DNA of 62,624 bases, counting the filler, from Rhabdomonas costata (Eukaryota), in assembly GCA_019059605.1 (NCBI GenBank). It is 36 parts of 36 records of this genome, joined end to end, with 100 filler letters (N's around TTAATTAATTAA, not from the genome) between each part and the next. Parts side by side here need not be neighbours in the genome. Positions count along the whole stretch, not along the records: positions 47,052 to 48,693 come from JAHMHO010011441.1; positions 48,794 to 50,435 come from JAHMHO010011442.1; positions 50,536 to 52,177 come from JAHMHO010011443.1; positions 52,278 to 53,917 come from JAHMHO010011444.1; positions 54,018 to 55,656 come from JAHMHO010011445.1; positions 55,757 to 57,398 come from JAHMHO010011446.1; positions 57,499 to 59,140 come from JAHMHO010011447.1; positions 59,241 to 60,882 come from JAHMHO010011448.1; 28 more parts are not named here. The stretch is one strand, 5' to 3'. Under the pieces are notes generated by a model, which was not told the DNA's origin, searched no databases, and saw nothing but the letters and a program-made list of their open reading frames with translations. The position numbers and the translations under genes are program-made. Shown piece by piece: positions 47,259-61,635 of the stretch; positions within the stretch are counted from its first letter, which is position 1, and every line of letters starts with the position of its first letter.

Positions 47259-49468
47259 ATGGAAGACAAAGGAAGACTGGAAGACAAAAGTAGGCTGTGC
47301 AGCAGTGTTCCGAGCGAACAGGTCAAACAGGCATTCAGAGATATTGGTTGCGCTTGTTCCGCAAGTGGCGAGTCGGACTCTTGCACCCCACCTACCCCCA
47401 ATTGGTTTACAAGGGGGACCGCGCCACTTCTGCAGCTCTTTTTCATACCTTCTTGGGATCGTCAGATAATCTGCCGACTTGCATTGGGAGGAGCAAGCGG
47501 GGGGTAACAGCCCGCATCGGGAAGCAGAACACGGTCCAAAGTGCGAACGAGAAGCTCGAATACACGCAGTTCAACTGAAACGTATACACTGTTGCACACC
47601 ACCACCACCACCACCCCTTCATTCAGTGGGGTTTTCCTCCTGCCCCCCATTAAACACCGTACTTATGGTGGTGGTGAATTGGTTTTGGGTTCCGCTCTGT
47701 GATTCCACGAAAAGTTTAGCAATCTTTCTAAGAAACGGTTCAGCTGGGGGGCAGCTGGATTAACCTCCAGAAAACCAGGATAATTAACTCTGCCACAGAA
47801 TATCAAAATGAATCCCTCTGAGGCTCTAAGTCCCGTTTTATTTGCGCAGCAGCGTCAGTCACCAGCTCAGATTTCACATCAGGGTTTCCATTACCCAAAA
47901 CTAATCCAATAACGTGAAGACTCATTCGGAGGCTGCGGTACCGCCGCGCAGAGAAACCATAGTCCTCAAGATACTCCGGTTCCCGACAAAGAGAGCACGG
48001 GATCATAACGGGGAAAGGCACCAGCGTCAAGCGTAGCGCTCATGGGAAAAGGTAATCCAAGCCCACAGCAGTATCTATACAAAGCAAGTGGGAAATTCCC
48101 AGTACCAGCGGACGTGCCGCTCTCTGGGGAGGTGCCTTTCAAAGGCTTTGCAAGGGGGGGGGCAGTCACTGCACAACCCCACCTGTGGAGATCACACACC
48201 AATGAAGCGAAAAAAGGACCGAATTACATTGTTTAACCTGAAGGGCGTCCTCACACACAAAAGGACGTAAATTTTCACCTCCCTGGGGGGGGGGGAGGCG
48301 TATGAGCTGGGTGCCTTCGCTCATCTTCCCTCTGCAGTCTGCGTTTGTTCGCCTTTGTTCAGAGTGGGGCTCACAAGATCCCTCAAACCTTCTCTTGAGT
48401 CCCAGTTGGTGCCTACATTGTTACTCTTAACCCTCTATTTCCTTGATTCTCTGTCTGAATCTCATAAGGAGAAATTTCATTTGGAGTTGGGGAATATTTT
48501 TCCGTTTTTATAACCGCAACTGTTTCAGACTCACTTAATATCGAACTAACCGATCCAAACAAACGGACTAAAAGCACCACGTCTGAAAGTCTGAAAAACC
48601 CCAAGATAATGCGTTAAGAACCCCGACAGGTAGCCAAACAGCACCGCTTTCCTGCTGTCGCACAAGGGAGTTAAAACGAGCCCACAAAAACACNNNNNNN
48701 NNNNNNNNNNNNNNNNNNNNNNNNNNNNNNNNNNNNNTTAATTAATTAANNNNNNNNNNNNNNNNNNNNNNNNNNNNNNNNNNNNNNNNNNNNGGTGTTT
48801 GGTCCTCCTGTCTGTACTTTGGCGCTTTCAGGAGATACCAGTTAGTACCCCCCACCCCGCCCTTCCCATTCTTCTGCCGTTCTCGTCTGCCTCCCAATTA
48901 GCTAGAAAGTTGCAAGCAACCAGCGAAGTGGGAGGACTTGGCCAAAGTACAAACAGGAGGACCAAACAAGCTCGGAACTGCATGGTATGGCCCGCGTGAC
49001 CTCAGAAGTAAAAGGTGATAGTAGAAGTAGAAGGTCAAGCACAACGGATATGCACTGGAAATTAGTATTTTCAGTTGTGAGTTTTTTGAGGTGACGGGGA
49101 CAATATTTACTGGAAGGCTTCTGTCGCAGGTAAAAAAAAACTACATCGCAGCCACACATGTGAACAGATTTGGGGGAAAATGGATAAATTGTCTGAGGAG
49201 AGGGAAAAGGGGTGGTGCCGATCTGTCTCATTTCCCGAGCATTACAAGTTGTCAATTTGTACGGCCACCTGAACTTGACGCAGCACGCGGAAGGTCACAA
49301 ACCACCAAAGGACGGCGGTTAACTTGAACTCTTCAATTACCGTGATCCTTGAGGCATATTAAGCTTATCCTCCAAATTTCCCCCTTCCCCGCCAAATAAC
49401 GCATGACCTGTTAAGGAGGAGGAGAGGAAACCAGAAAGGGGGAAGGAGGAGGGGGGGGAGACACCCAC

Positions 49469-49612
49469 CTCCGCAGATGGACCCTCGGCGGTGAACCCCC
49501 CCAGCAGAAAGAGCTGCCCCTGGAACGGCTGCAGCGCCATCGCGGAGCGGCTGGAGAAAGGGGTTGCGGCCACGGCCAGGCTCCACTTGTGGCCATCCGC
49601 AGTGCTCCAAAC
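49469..49612 (-). CDS. Kelch-like beta-propeller blade exon
   Basis: VWSTADGHKWSLAVAATPFSSRSAMALQPFQGQLFLLGG; phase 0-0 exon of 144 nt, about one repeat. Confidence 0.7.
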
Positions 49613-51314
49613 CTGTGGGTAGAGTATGCAGTCCACTATGGCTTATGGAAGAGACTGCACTATCGAGTGTTCCTGGGCTCATGCCCAATGTCAGAGGAAT
49701 GGAGTGCAGGGAGAGTTTGGGTGCATCCAAGTCATTGTCTCCATTCGCTATCAATACTGCGAAGCGAAAAACAAAGAAAACATGCAAGAGCAACTGCCAC
49801 CCGTCCTCTTGGAATCCCACAAGAAGCACAAGAAGCTACGCTGACATAATTTACAAAGTGTCAAAGACCACCACAGAACCCCGTCACCGGAGGCTGGTAT
49901 AAATGTTCGAATCGACGTATAGACTCCTTTTTCAACCCCGGCGTGACAGAAACACAGTTCGAATGGGCTGGTGGTGGGAGGTCGATATTTCACCCAGATG
50001 ACTTTTGACCCTTCTACGGTGCCAATGAAGCCTAATAATGAAGCCCAGTATACCCATAAAGCATCCCATTCCACAGTCTTCAGCTGCAAAGCATGTTTTT
50101 CGAGTTCCCAGTCCTCCCCCCCCCCCATTCAAAAGGAGGGGTCATCTTTTGCGGCTTGAATTCAACCGTACTTGTGGTTTCAAACCAGGACTACTTTTCG
50201 ACCCAGCCCACCGGGACCATCTACATGGGATAGCTCATTCATTCATCCATCCAGCCAAAGCTAAGCAGGCAGGCTTGGTCTGCATCTGAATTCAAAAAGT
50301 CATAAAACGTACATTCAGTCATATCTCGGCAAAGACATATGCACACATGAACTGTCCAACTTAGCTTTGGAATAACACCACAACATCAATGTGACCTCGC
50401 ACCTTTAGTTCGAGTTCCGAGGTCAAGTCTAATCANNNNNNNNNNNNNNNNNNNNNNNNNNNNNNNNNNNNNNNNNNNNTTAATTAATTAANNNNNNNNN
50501 NNNNNNNNNNNNNNNNNNNNNNNNNNNNNNNNNNNGGGGTGGTGGTGACTGCCCCGACGCTGGTGGCGGGTATAACACGCTGGGCTGACTGACCTAGCCC
50601 AACAGAGATTCGCGAAATTTGGGCTGAGGAGCAACATTTCTGGGACGAAGAGAAAATGGCGCAGGTGGTTTCCATCCTCTGAAGTCCGGCCGCAGTGCTA
50701 AGGCGCCTAAACCTCTCAGAGATATGCTGTCACACACAAATCGCGGCCACAGCCAGCGCGCGAGTCACATGCCTTTATCGCATTGGCCGCGGCTCCGGCT
50801 TGAACGAGGGCCTGGAAAAGCTCTCCCGAAGCACTCTTTGCCGATGCCGCATAGCGTAGCGGAGTGTTGCCATGCAGATCCTATATAGGAGGAACAAAAC
50901 AAATACACCCACGCGCAAAACGCGCCAAACAAATCACCATCCCGTAGAATGGAAAAGATGTGAGATATCTCATGCATGAGGTGTGGAACTTTCATTCGCT
51001 GATTCCTTCACAGCACAACAGTCGCGGAAAAGGAGAGATAGCTTGACTATCTGTCCTCCCCACTTCCTTTCAACGGCACAATGCAGAGCAAAGGTGGTTC
51101 TCTTGGTAGGTGTGGGCACCCCGGAACGGGGTCGCGCCAAAACCCTCCGCAGAAACTGCCAAAATGGTCTTGTGCGCATGTCGCCGTCACTTTGCTGCGT
51201 CTTTGGTTATTGGCTTGCAATAAATAAGACCTACTTGAGTGAGCGTACAGCAATGTCTTGGGGGCACCCAGCGTTGTTTCCAAATGACGGTATCCTCGAC
51301 ACAATGACACGTAC

Positions 51315-52177
51315 CATCGCATTGGGGTTGGCCTTTCTGCTCAGCAGGGTAGACACCACCTCCTCCAGCTGCGGCTGAACTGTAGTGCTCTGTACGGGGG
51401 AGAAAGGGTTGCAAAAAACCAAAGTCACAGCGACGGAGATCCGCATAGCACGCGGGCAGAAGTCGGAAGGAGTCGCAGAGGGACGGGCTGGGATGGAAAG
51501 AAAGCTCGATGGTTTCTGCATATTTTCTCCTGCACTCTCCTGAGCGTTCGAGTGCAAACTCGAGAGCAGCCACCAATCTTAAAAAAATTATGCAGAGACA
51601 ACAGCGGCCGGGATGGCTTATATCGAAAACACAATCGAATAAGCTCTCCGGTGATTGTCTTGTACTCCTTCCCTAGAAGTGGTGAGATGGTACCAGAATC
51701 TGCTATCAAAAGCGGAGGCGTCCGAGACGTCTGAGGCTGAGTCAAGGTGGATGCAAAGGCGCAGAAAAGAAAGACAACTGTTTTCCTTCTTTTTTACCCA
51801 ACGTTTGTAATGATGCGATGAAACGTTCCGCATTTTCCAACACTCAACTGTAACCTGAGCGACATAAATTCAAGTGATTTGGTAAAGCTAATGAAACTTG
51901 TTTCCATACTTAAACTTAGAGCTCAATGCCCGCTAGGGTGCACAGACCCTACAAGGTTGAAGAAAACCAGTAACAGTTACCTCAGCGAGCCTCTCTGCCA
52001 CATAGTGCAACGCGGTCTTGTTGTCCTTGTCCTTTACATTAAAGTCTGCTTTGAGATCGAGCAGCTGCTGAGCCAGCTGGGCCCGACCCTTGTGAATGGC
52101 ATGCATGAGCGGCGTCTTGCCCTCCTTGTCCGCATGCTTGAGTTTGGCGCCAAGCTCGACTAGCTTCAGAGCCAGCT
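51315..52177 (-). CDS. Ankyrin-repeat protein (exons 52177-51981, 51374-51315)
   Basis: LVELGAKLKHADKEGKTPLMHAIHKGRAQLAQQLLDLKADFNVKDKDNKTALHYVA...LLSRKANPNA. Confidence 0.9.
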
Positions 52178-52559
52178 NNNNNNNNNNNNNNNNNNNNNNN
52201 NNNNNNNNNNNNNNNNNNNNNTTAATTAATTAANNNNNNNNNNNNNNNNNNNNNNNNNNNNNNNNNNNNNNNNNNNNTGGGGAGGCGGGGGGGAGAGTAT
52301 TGGTTTCAGATTTTGTAGGTCGGGTCAGTATTTGAATTAGGGGCATAAGTCCGTTACTGTAACCCACACATGCATGTCCAGGTGTGGGTGCCGTGGGCCT
52401 CATTCTGATTTAGTGCTGATAATGGCTGCTGGTCTGCTTTCAATGCATTCAACTGTTTCTCCTGTTGGAGTCCTTCCCGCGTAACGCTGTGTGGACGGGA
52501 GATACGGGAGGTGCTTCAAAGCCTGTGGGTCGGTGGGTGGGTGGGGACTCAGTCCACAG

Positions 52560-52663
52560 CCCTGGGGCGGCAGCTGCAGCGCCATCCTGCCGAGGCTACC
52601 CAGTGCCTGGAGGAGATGCTGCGGCTCTGGAGCAGCGCCTACTACCTCAACGGCCCTCACGTG
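52560..52663 (+). CDS. Isolated exon of a hypothetical helical protein
   Basis: CACAG|..LGRQLQRHPAEATQCLEEMLRLWSSAYYLNGPHV|GTGAG. Confidence 0.4.
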
Positions 52664-54043
52664 GTGAGGTGGTTATGTTTTGCCCCTCACCCCGTCTTTT
52701 TATTGTCGTCGGGATCATCGCTTCTGCAACGTTCCCTTCGCTAAAATCCTGATGGTGTCCAGTTTGGGTTTAAGACAATCCGTCATTTTGTTCATTGTTC
52801 GGTTATCTTCTGGGGTCGCCTTCTGAGGTTGTCCTGATGAATATTAGCTTCATGATCTGAATCCCCGGTCAGAAAGTGACCTTGCCACCACTATTTGGAA
52901 ATTCGTCTTCACAACTCTGCTGGATCCACACCCCCCCCCTCCACCTTTCATTTATACCGGGTACTGAGCGTACCCTTTGTTTATACGGCAAGCCCTGACG
53001 CTGCACATCATGGGACAACTCTGCCCTCTCATAAGAGGTTCAAAGGATTGACAGACGGATGAAGTAACTCGCATGGAATGAACCCGCAATTCAGTTCACT
53101 TGTGTCTGCGAGCAATGGGCTTTGGTGACGGCCACTCTCAGGGCTAAATATGCAAGTCTTCTGTTTCACGGTGTGTCCACGGAGTATCGGCCCCCTGCGG
53201 AGGTTCCCCTCCCAGTGTAATGGTGCGGGAGGGGGGACCTCAGATGGCAGCTGTTTGTCTCGCCTCTTGCGCAACTCTTTCTCTCTCTCTCTCTCTTCTT
53301 CCACGAACCGCCATTGGAGGACCCCACTGTGTGAGCTTCAGCGCTGTTTGTAGATGCCCTGGGCCCAACCCTTCCCTCCCCTTTCTCTCGTTTCTTCCCC
53401 TTTCCTTTTCACCTTCTTTTTCATTTATCCTTGGGAGGCATGGGATTTGCGGAAGGTGCGCTACACCGCATCATGGGCAACTGATGTATGACGTCTCTTT
53501 CCTGAGCCGATTGTGTCATCTCTCGGGAATTAGCCGCAGCCGTGTAGGCCCTTTCACCACATTCTCTGGTGTGTGTGTGTGTGTGTGTGTTGGAGTTTTT
53601 GGTAGCTGACTTTTCTTTTTCTTTTTCTGTGCTCGATCAGTCGGGGCTATTGGGCTTTTTATGGGAGGGGGGGCGTTCACCACCATTACACTGTTCAAGA
53701 ATATTTCTCTTAAACTGTTCTCTGACTTCATGTCGGGGCACTGGCACAGCGTTCGTAAACCCTAATGTCAAATGTCTTCATCCCAAGGGTGTATCCCAAC
53801 AGTGTACCCACACCCTGTGCTTGGAACAAAACACCACCAAAAAGCATAATTCAGTCTTTTTACGGTGCAAAACGACCCGAGTAAGATTTTTAAATTCACC
53901 CCCAACACACCCAACAANNNNNNNNNNNNNNNNNNNNNNNNNNNNNNNNNNNNNNNNNNNNTTAATTAATTAANNNNNNNNNNNNNNNNNNNNNNNNNNN
54001 NNNNNNNNNNNNNNNNNTTTGTTTGTTGCATCTGCATTGTCAG

Positions 54044-55467
54044 GGGCAAGCTCTCGTCTCGCGACGGTGGAGCCCCGGTTGGCTTCTCGGAGCAGGTTGG
54101 ACGAGACGGCATTTCTCCCTTAGGAAAGAGAAAAGAAATAAAGATACCTCATCAAGGATCCGGCTCTAGCGGGACCCGACCTCCCGCGAGTCCACTCGTT
54201 TTCACATTTCTCACCCAAAGTGATATAGTTCATGAGGTTTGGTGTGTCAGCAATCAATTACTCTTTTGCAGTTGTTGGCTGGTCATGATGGCATTGAAAA
54301 GACAAAGTCTATTCGAGAAAACATTGTCCATTTCTCACGCCCTCTTGTCTGCACGCCGCGACTTCGGGCATTGCTTGAACCCTCCTGGAATTGCTCTGCA
54401 GAGCGGCTGTGTGCATTCCTGTCTTCCCTGTTTAGTTGTTATTTTTCCATGTATTTTCCTTTCCAAGGAAAATCGTGCACCCAATCCCACTTCCCGAACT
54501 GCGCTGAGCTCCAGGGCTGCGACCTCATTGGACGGCGTGACGAGTTGCACCCAGGTCTGTCGATTTCCGTTTCTTTCGTTTTCTCTTTCCCCTCAAGACT
54601 TGGAACCTCACGAACATGCGTAACCGAGCCCAGATTATTATTCTTGTGAGTACTGAATGACTGATGAAGGGGGAGTTCATACTTTCTTTCTGTATACGAT
54701 CCTCAGGTTTGGCCAATTCATTCAAATCATTTTAATTTGCAGTCGCTGGCTCAACGCATTTTATCCGCATCCCCGACAGACCATAGATTTTTTCTGCCTT
54801 CCGATGCAACTTTTGGCCGGGCAGGTCGTTCCCACAACGGAGGTGAGATTTATGGTCAGTGTCGGCGAAACTGTGTGGTGCGCTGAGCGGGACGGCAGCA
54901 TCTCCGTTCGCTCTGTCACGGTGCCTCCTCTCCTCTTCTTCCTCCTGTGTTCCTTTCCTTTTGCTTCGGTCATTGGCCAATCCTGGGCCTTCACCCTCAG
55001 TCCCGGGAACTCTACCAATTCTACTAATTGCCTGAGATCAGCTTTATGGGGGTCGGGCTCCTCTTTTGGAGACTTGAAAAACTCGACCCACTTCCGCTGA
55101 TTCCCTGACGCCGTTGTTTTTTTATGGCCTGATTTGGGCGATGCTATCCTGGGGTCCTGGTACGTACAGGTACGCAGCGTCCCATCTGAAGTGGTGTGGA
55201 GGCGGGGAAAGTGATTGTAGTCTCACTATGTCTGTCATAATACACCGATCTCTTTCGTGCCGGAAATATTTGCTTTGAATTTCATTGCCCAAAGTGGTTG
55301 CAAAAGTTTGGACATGGGTGGGGTGCACCTGTTTTCAGACAGCGCAGACCTTGTACACGATTGACTTCAAGGACACTCAGTTCTGCTGGTGCCTGCTTTA
55401 CATGGAGTCCTCCCGCACCGTGTGGGCGGGGTACAGCGGCGGCCAGATCCGCCTGTTCTGCGCTCAG
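54044..55467 (+). CDS. WD40-like beta-propeller protein (exons 54044-54095, 54468-54554, 54825-54920, 55339-55467)
   Basis: VRFMVSVGETVWCAERDGSISVR|...CWCLLYMESSRTVWAGYSGGQIRLF; repeated VWxxxxDGxIxx blades; all phases consistent. Confidence 0.75.
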
Positions 55468-55756
55468 GTACTGAGCTGAGTGGAAGACTTTCGTTCCCCA
55501 GCGCTGTCCGTCTTCTTCTGAATCTCTTCTGAAGTGCTTCTGCGGACCCCAATCCTCATGTTTCGCGCAACCTGCTTGTTTCGAGCCTCATGCACATGCG
55601 CTTTTTCTTGACTGTGATCTGCAACCCAACCCATCTGAGTACTTATTCGATGTGCTNNNNNNNNNNNNNNNNNNNNNNNNNNNNNNNNNNNNNNNNNNNN
55701 TTAATTAATTAANNNNNNNNNNNNNNNNNNNNNNNNNNNNNNNNNNNNNNNNNNNN

Positions 55757-56295
55757 GGACACACTTTCTTTGCCCTTTGAAGCTCTCCATGGGTTGCTGT
55801 TCTTCCTCCGAAGAGGAAGGCGATCTTGCGCGGCCCGGTCTGGCACTGTGGGAGGGCTTCCTCTCGCCGGCATCTCCATCAACTAAGAACACGCCGCAAA
55901 TCCCAAGGTTATCAGCGCTCCAGTATTTGAAACTCAGAGTCTCGTCTGATTCAGACAGATTTGGAGCAAGAAAACAACAAGGTGACACTCACGAACATCC
56001 AACGCTCGTATCAAAGTGACGGTGCTCTGGTCAACGTGTGGTTCGCGACGACGGTGCCATAGCCGAGTACCAAAATTGTGTTGCGACATCTGAGATGCCT
56101 CGCGCGTGCGCAGCATCTGCAGCGCATACCTTCCTCGCGGTACCCCTCCGCCGCGGGGAGGTACTCGGTGTAGTTGACCTTCCGGTTGGTCACCCTCTTC
56201 CCGCTCCTCTTCCGGGAGATCACCTCCGCGGGCGCCGTCACCGAGCCTGCCCACGGGAAGCACGTGAACTCCATCACATGGAGCTCAGGGTAAAC
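55757..56295 (-). CDS. Hypothetical, possibly nuclear, protein (exons 56295-56130, 55882-55757)
   Basis: VYPELHVMEFTCFPWAG...SRKRSGKRVTNRKVNYTEY...; basic cluster plus VNYxE; phase-1 GT-AG join. Confidence 0.5.
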
Positions 56296-57498
56296 CTGCA
56301 AAACAGCCTCTCATTGGCAGGAAAAGCTGGCGAGAGCTGAAGCCTGGCGCATGGCGCAAGAAACCCCCTTCGCCTCCCCCGCACCAAACCTTCCTGTCCA
56401 AACGCAGGGGAGGAGTGTTTATGGGTTTCCTTGGCGCAAGCGAAGGCATAGAAGGCAAATGAAACAGCAGGTCCTAAGTGGGCCCGAGGACTCTGATAAA
56501 GGTCGGAACGGGCAAAAATATGAGACGGACACTCCCCACGGACGCCACGGAAGCATTCGGCACACGAACAAAGGTTTGAACCCTCGCAGTCATGAGCAGC
56601 GGTACGTACACACGATCAGTGGACTAGCTCAGGGATTAGTAAGTAGGTTTGCTGAAGGCATTAAGTACAATCTTTGAATCCATTGTCCAAGTAATGCCCA
56701 CTGCAAAAACATACGCAAATATTGATAGTATAGATGGTATGGTCCCCTGTTACGAGCAAAGGGTATTTGCTTCACGGGTTCAAACCCCATTCTGCAAGGC
56801 TCCATTCTGCATTTCCACAACTTGTCGGTCACGCACCAAAAGTTCAACCCGGCATAAAATCCACCCCCGCTCACGTGTTGTCGCGGCATCATCTCTCTGA
56901 GTTCAACTTCTCAAAGAAGTTGCATATGCGGTGGTTCCAATCCAGAACAGGGCACTTTGGCCCCAGTTTGGAGAACCCTCCTTTTCATCATTTTCTACTG
57001 TGCTTGTTGTGTTCCTTTCGCCTGTTGTTCTGCTCGAAACGATGGATTTAGAAGACTCTTGCTCGCAAAAGTCAGTCATAACCGAAACTCTGGTTCACCT
57101 GCTTCTTCTTTTTTTTTACGTGCCTTTCGCCTTTGTGTTGACCTTAAAAGGCTGTTATGCCCGACATCCATAAACGGATGCAGAATCATTCGGTGCTCTT
57201 TTTTAATCAACTGAGCGCCCAAGAGGCAAGCACACCATCCTCTGTTTGTGCACCTCTAACAATCTTTCCCAAAAAACCTATTCAAAACAAAACAACTGAA
57301 CAGTGGAATACTTTATATATTCAGATATGTTGTTTTCACACTTCTTTACTTCGCAGAACAGTGAAGAAAGACCACCACCCCCCACACACACCCAACACNN
57401 NNNNNNNNNNNNNNNNNNNNNNNNNNNNNNNNNNNNNNNNNNTTAATTAATTAANNNNNNNNNNNNNNNNNNNNNNNNNNNNNNNNNNNNNNNNNNNN

Positions 57499-58587
57499 GG
57501 GGTGTGGGAGGTGGTGCCCCCTGTTGTGGAGGTGGGGGCCGCAGAGGCAGAGGCAGCGCCCTGGAGGGCCGCACGGCGCTGCTGCTCACGCTCCTCGCGG
57601 AGCTGTGCGATGGCGCGGTTGATCTGCTCCTGCGACGGGGTCCGCACCAGCTCGCCGTCCTCCAGCGCAGAGTCGTCCCAGTTCACGCGGAACCAGGGGT
57701 CGGCAATTACCTGAACAGCGGGGAGGGGGAAGACGGGAAGGAGGAACCAGGGCAGCGGCGTTGCCGCAGGGCTCCCCAGATGATGTGTGCTGGGTACAAA
57801 GGCTGAACTTTGACCTCAAAGAAAGTCAAAGAGCAAAAGAGACACGCGATCATGGTGACAAAACTAGGTGATCAAAACAGAAGAAAACCCGCACCTTCGC
57901 ATGTCTGATGCAAAATAGAACTTTATTAAAATATCTCGCAGGTTGAAACAAATCCACGCTCTCCCATTATCTCTCTCTGAAAATTAGGTCTCATGTTGGA
58001 TGCCCACAAAACGCCAATTCAGTTTGCTTCCTTTCGGAAATACGAAAACGAAAGTCTCTGGTGCATGCACGGCATATGTGGCGATGCTTCTACGTTTTGT
58101 TATTCACTCCGGTGATCGTCCTCCCTATCCAATCAGATCCATCTCGTCAACACACGCACGTGCACCTGCTGTATGGTAGCGCGGCGTTCGGGGTCCGCGC
58201 AGATCAGCTTGTGGATCAGGGCCAGGGCCTCGGCAGAGAGGTGAATGGGCTCCTCAAAGGCCCCAGCCTGAATCTTCTTGAAGAGGTTGGACATCACCTT
58301 GCGGTGGGGTGGGGTCGTGGTATCACACCAGTTTGCCACTTGTGCTTGTGAAAGCTAGAGCAACCTTCAGAATGACTAAATTGCGACCGACGACGCTTTT
58401 GAAAGCCTAATAGTTCGTGATGGGGTGTCGACCTCCCGCACCCCACCCCATACGAACCTCCCGCTACACACGCACACCTTGTCGAAGAACGGCAGCTTCC
58501 CCGTGAGCATCACGTACAGAATCACCCCACAGGACCACATGTCGGCCTGGAAGCCATTGTAGCCCTTCTCCATTAGCACCTCAGGGG
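57499..58587 (-). CDS. SNF1/CIPK-like (CAMK group) Ser/Thr kinase, C-lobe and tail (exons 58587-58478, 58297-58166, 57710-57499)
   Basis: [48 protein letters not shown]...[21 protein letters not shown]. Confidence 0.92.
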
Positions 58588-59372
58588 CTGTGACATTACG
58601 CAAAGGGCAGACAGACAGGCAAAGCCAGCGTCCGGCAGCGAAGCCTGAGACACGCCGCAACACGTCAAAACACACCACCGCATCACGTTCAGAGGAGTCC
58701 AGCCCTGTATTACTGTTTACATTGCCTCAACACTGCGGGCTCCATCCTCAAGCCCTTACCTTTCCCGTCATTCCGCGCTTTTCCATGGTATTGGCTTAGA
58801 CAGTTCAGGCGGAGATCCCACAATAAAGGGCAAAAAGAGAAGGAACAAAGTCAAGGAAGCAGCACAGCTTCGACAGCAATCAGTAGAGACAAGCGGTGTC
58901 AAAGAAGCCGGAAGTTGGCGAACCTTTCCCGCTCGCAAACAAGATTTACCAAAATGGAGAGCGTTTAGGAGGAGAATGAATCCACAAAAAGAGGGCCAAC
59001 TTTTCCGGAAAAGAAAAAAGATGAACGAAAAAGGATTTTTACAGGCTTCTGGTCGTTTGTGCGTGAACGTCCGGCACTGAAAAAGGACAATGATAGTGGA
59101 CGTAGGGGAATTGACCACTAAAAGCAGGTGCCCACAAACANNNNNNNNNNNNNNNNNNNNNNNNNNNNNNNNNNNNNNNNNNNNTTAATTAATTAANNNN
59201 NNNNNNNNNNNNNNNNNNNNNNNNNNNNNNNNNNNNNNNNTTGTGGTTTGTAACCCAGCGTTACTTTTGTACCACTTCTGTTTCTGTGTCGCAGAAAACC
59301 AGTTCTTCCTTCCTTCCTTCCTTCCTGAGTCTGAAACTTTCACGAAGAGAGAGGACAGTCGGAAAAAAGTAC

Positions 59373-59569
59373 CTGCAGGCGGTGGAGAACACGACCAGGG
59401 AGGTAAGGTCAAGATTCACCAGGATCAACCGGACCAGCTCGATAGGTAACTCCAAGAAGTTCGAATGCAGCCCCTCATCCTCCTCAAGCTCTTCGCTGGA
59501 GAACTCGACAGACACGAGAGAGTGCTTGTCGTGCACAAGTTCCGGTCCCCATTGGGGCCGCACACCGAC
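59373..59569 (-). CDS. F-box-containing exon
   Basis: FLELPIELVRLILVNLDLTSLVVFSTACR: LPxE...I...LD...L...C(R) F-box pattern; AG/GT bounded. Confidence 0.75.
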
Positions 59570-61635
59570 CTGAGCAGCGAAACGAAGGGAATTTCCGCAC
59601 TCACCATTCAGAGCCAACATGTCGCAAGTTGCAAGTAGACACGTTAAATGGCTCAAGGCATCATGTTGGTGAACCGTGTTATTGAGCCTCCCTCCTTTAG
59701 ATCCCGTGTGGAGTTAATTCACACGTACTCCCTTGCTTTTTTCCTTGGGTGGCAGCAGAATCAAATAATGCTTCACAGGATCCCTGCGGTCTGTGTCCTT
59801 CTCCCTTCATCCCAACACGTCCCAGAATCACTGTTAGCGGTTACCCATGTCCCCACGCCCCTCTTCCCTCTCGGCGCACAGTCCCACTTTCATTCTCGTG
59901 CTTTGTGGTGCACCACACTCCGCGCAAGAAGCACTCAAGCACATCCATTCCCATCAGTACGCCGAGCGTAATCAACATAAGAATCGCAAATGAAATAAAA
60001 CTGTGGTCACTTACATATATGCTTTTGGCATCCTACCAAACGGTTAGCACTGCTGCCCAAGAGTCGGAAGTGCCGTTCCTGACAACGTTTCGTTGGGTAT
60101 GGAGCTAACTGGGGTTTCGTAAGAAACTGTGGTTCTCCGTCACGTTCGTTCGTTTCGTTGCCACAATACAACAATACCCCAGAAATGTACGCACATGCAC
60201 ATTTTTAAGAGGATTTACCTTCCTTCTCTTGGACTTTGCCGCCGAAGGCTGTCGGCGTTTCTGCCCAAGAACTTCCATAGACGCTAGTAGATACTCCCTA
60301 CTGTTACAATTTGGAGGACTGAAAGGTAAATCAAGCCATTAATGATATTTTAATTATTTAAATGTACCATCCGTTCTGGCGTTCTACAAAACCCCGAAGT
60401 TTACGTGTGCGGCTTTTCATTTTTGATTTTATATCTTAAAAAATGACCATTTTTTTGAGAAAACGAAGACCTAGGGACTGCTGTGGCGAACATGGTCCAG
60501 CACCATGATAACAGAAACGAATGACAACGAGGTTCCATACGCAGAAGAATGGCAGAACAAAAAACAGTTGAAGACAGGGTACGCTGCTAGAAGAAATCGA
60601 GGGGTTGTAGGAAAGGGGTGCTGGCTGCCACGCTGAACATGGGAATGAAAACGAGTGGACCTTCTCTCTGTGCTTCTCTCTCCATGCTCTCCACCAATAC
60701 CAAAGACACTTCACTGACCACTGGGCAATGCTACCGCCACTGTACAATCTAGTCTCAGCACCAACAAAAAACTTCGAAGCGTCGCCAGTATATTTGCAGC
60801 GAGTGGTAAGCGGGCTCACCTCCCTGAAAAGCACCCATCCAAAGTCCCGTACGAACACCCAAACCCCAACCACACCCAACACNNNNNNNNNNNNNNNNNN
60901 NNNNNNNNNNNNNNNNNNNNNNNNNNTTAATTAATTAANNNNNNNNNNNNNNNNNNNNNNNNNNNNNNNNNNNNNNNNNNNNATCCAAAAATGGAGAGAG
61001 GTCCGGTAATGGGACATCGCCCCCATAGGAGATCACGCTACTATGGAAGATCTGTCTCATATTGGTAATGAACAACCATTTAGTGTGGTTTGAATCCTTT
61101 CTTTCTATTCATATTTCCAACAGGCTGCCAGTACAACCGTATTTTGTGTCCTGATCCCTTGCATCGACCCCGAGCGCTTTTTTCGTACTGCTCTTTTACT
61201 CTACTCTCTCGACCAATGGACTCCCTTCAGCTTGCCATTGAGAAGCTCACCGGCCTGCGCAGCGCAGACGTAGTCTCGGAGGAGGTAGCTCGCCTGATCG
61301 ATAGTGCCATGCGTTTGTTTTTGCTCTGGGGTTTGTTGTGATCTGCTCCCAATAAAGCCAGTTGGTATAACCTGAGGAGGACGTTGTTTGGTTCAGCGGA
61401 AGCTTTCCGGACAAGCGCATATTTTCGCAGCAATTGGATGTGAATAGGGGCAGTCTCGCTTCCTGTCTTACACTCCTCTTAGCTGCTCTGTGGTTGGACA
61501 TTCACTTCACTTCACTTCTTTTGTCCCAACTCTGACAGTCGATCTCCCCTTCAAAAAAAAAGTGAAATGAGTGACATGAAAGCCGTTCTATGAGGCCATT
61601 CCCGCCTGGAGGGTTTCGGTGTGGACAGATTCTCC

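Noticed and set aside
1644-60982. Regularly spaced TTAATTAATTAA with ~1.7-kb period as a biological repeat or CRISPR-like array
   Set aside because: Always embedded in 44+44 N; it is an artificial six-frame-stop linker. ORF-track entries ending in X...LIN or X...N are artefacts of it.
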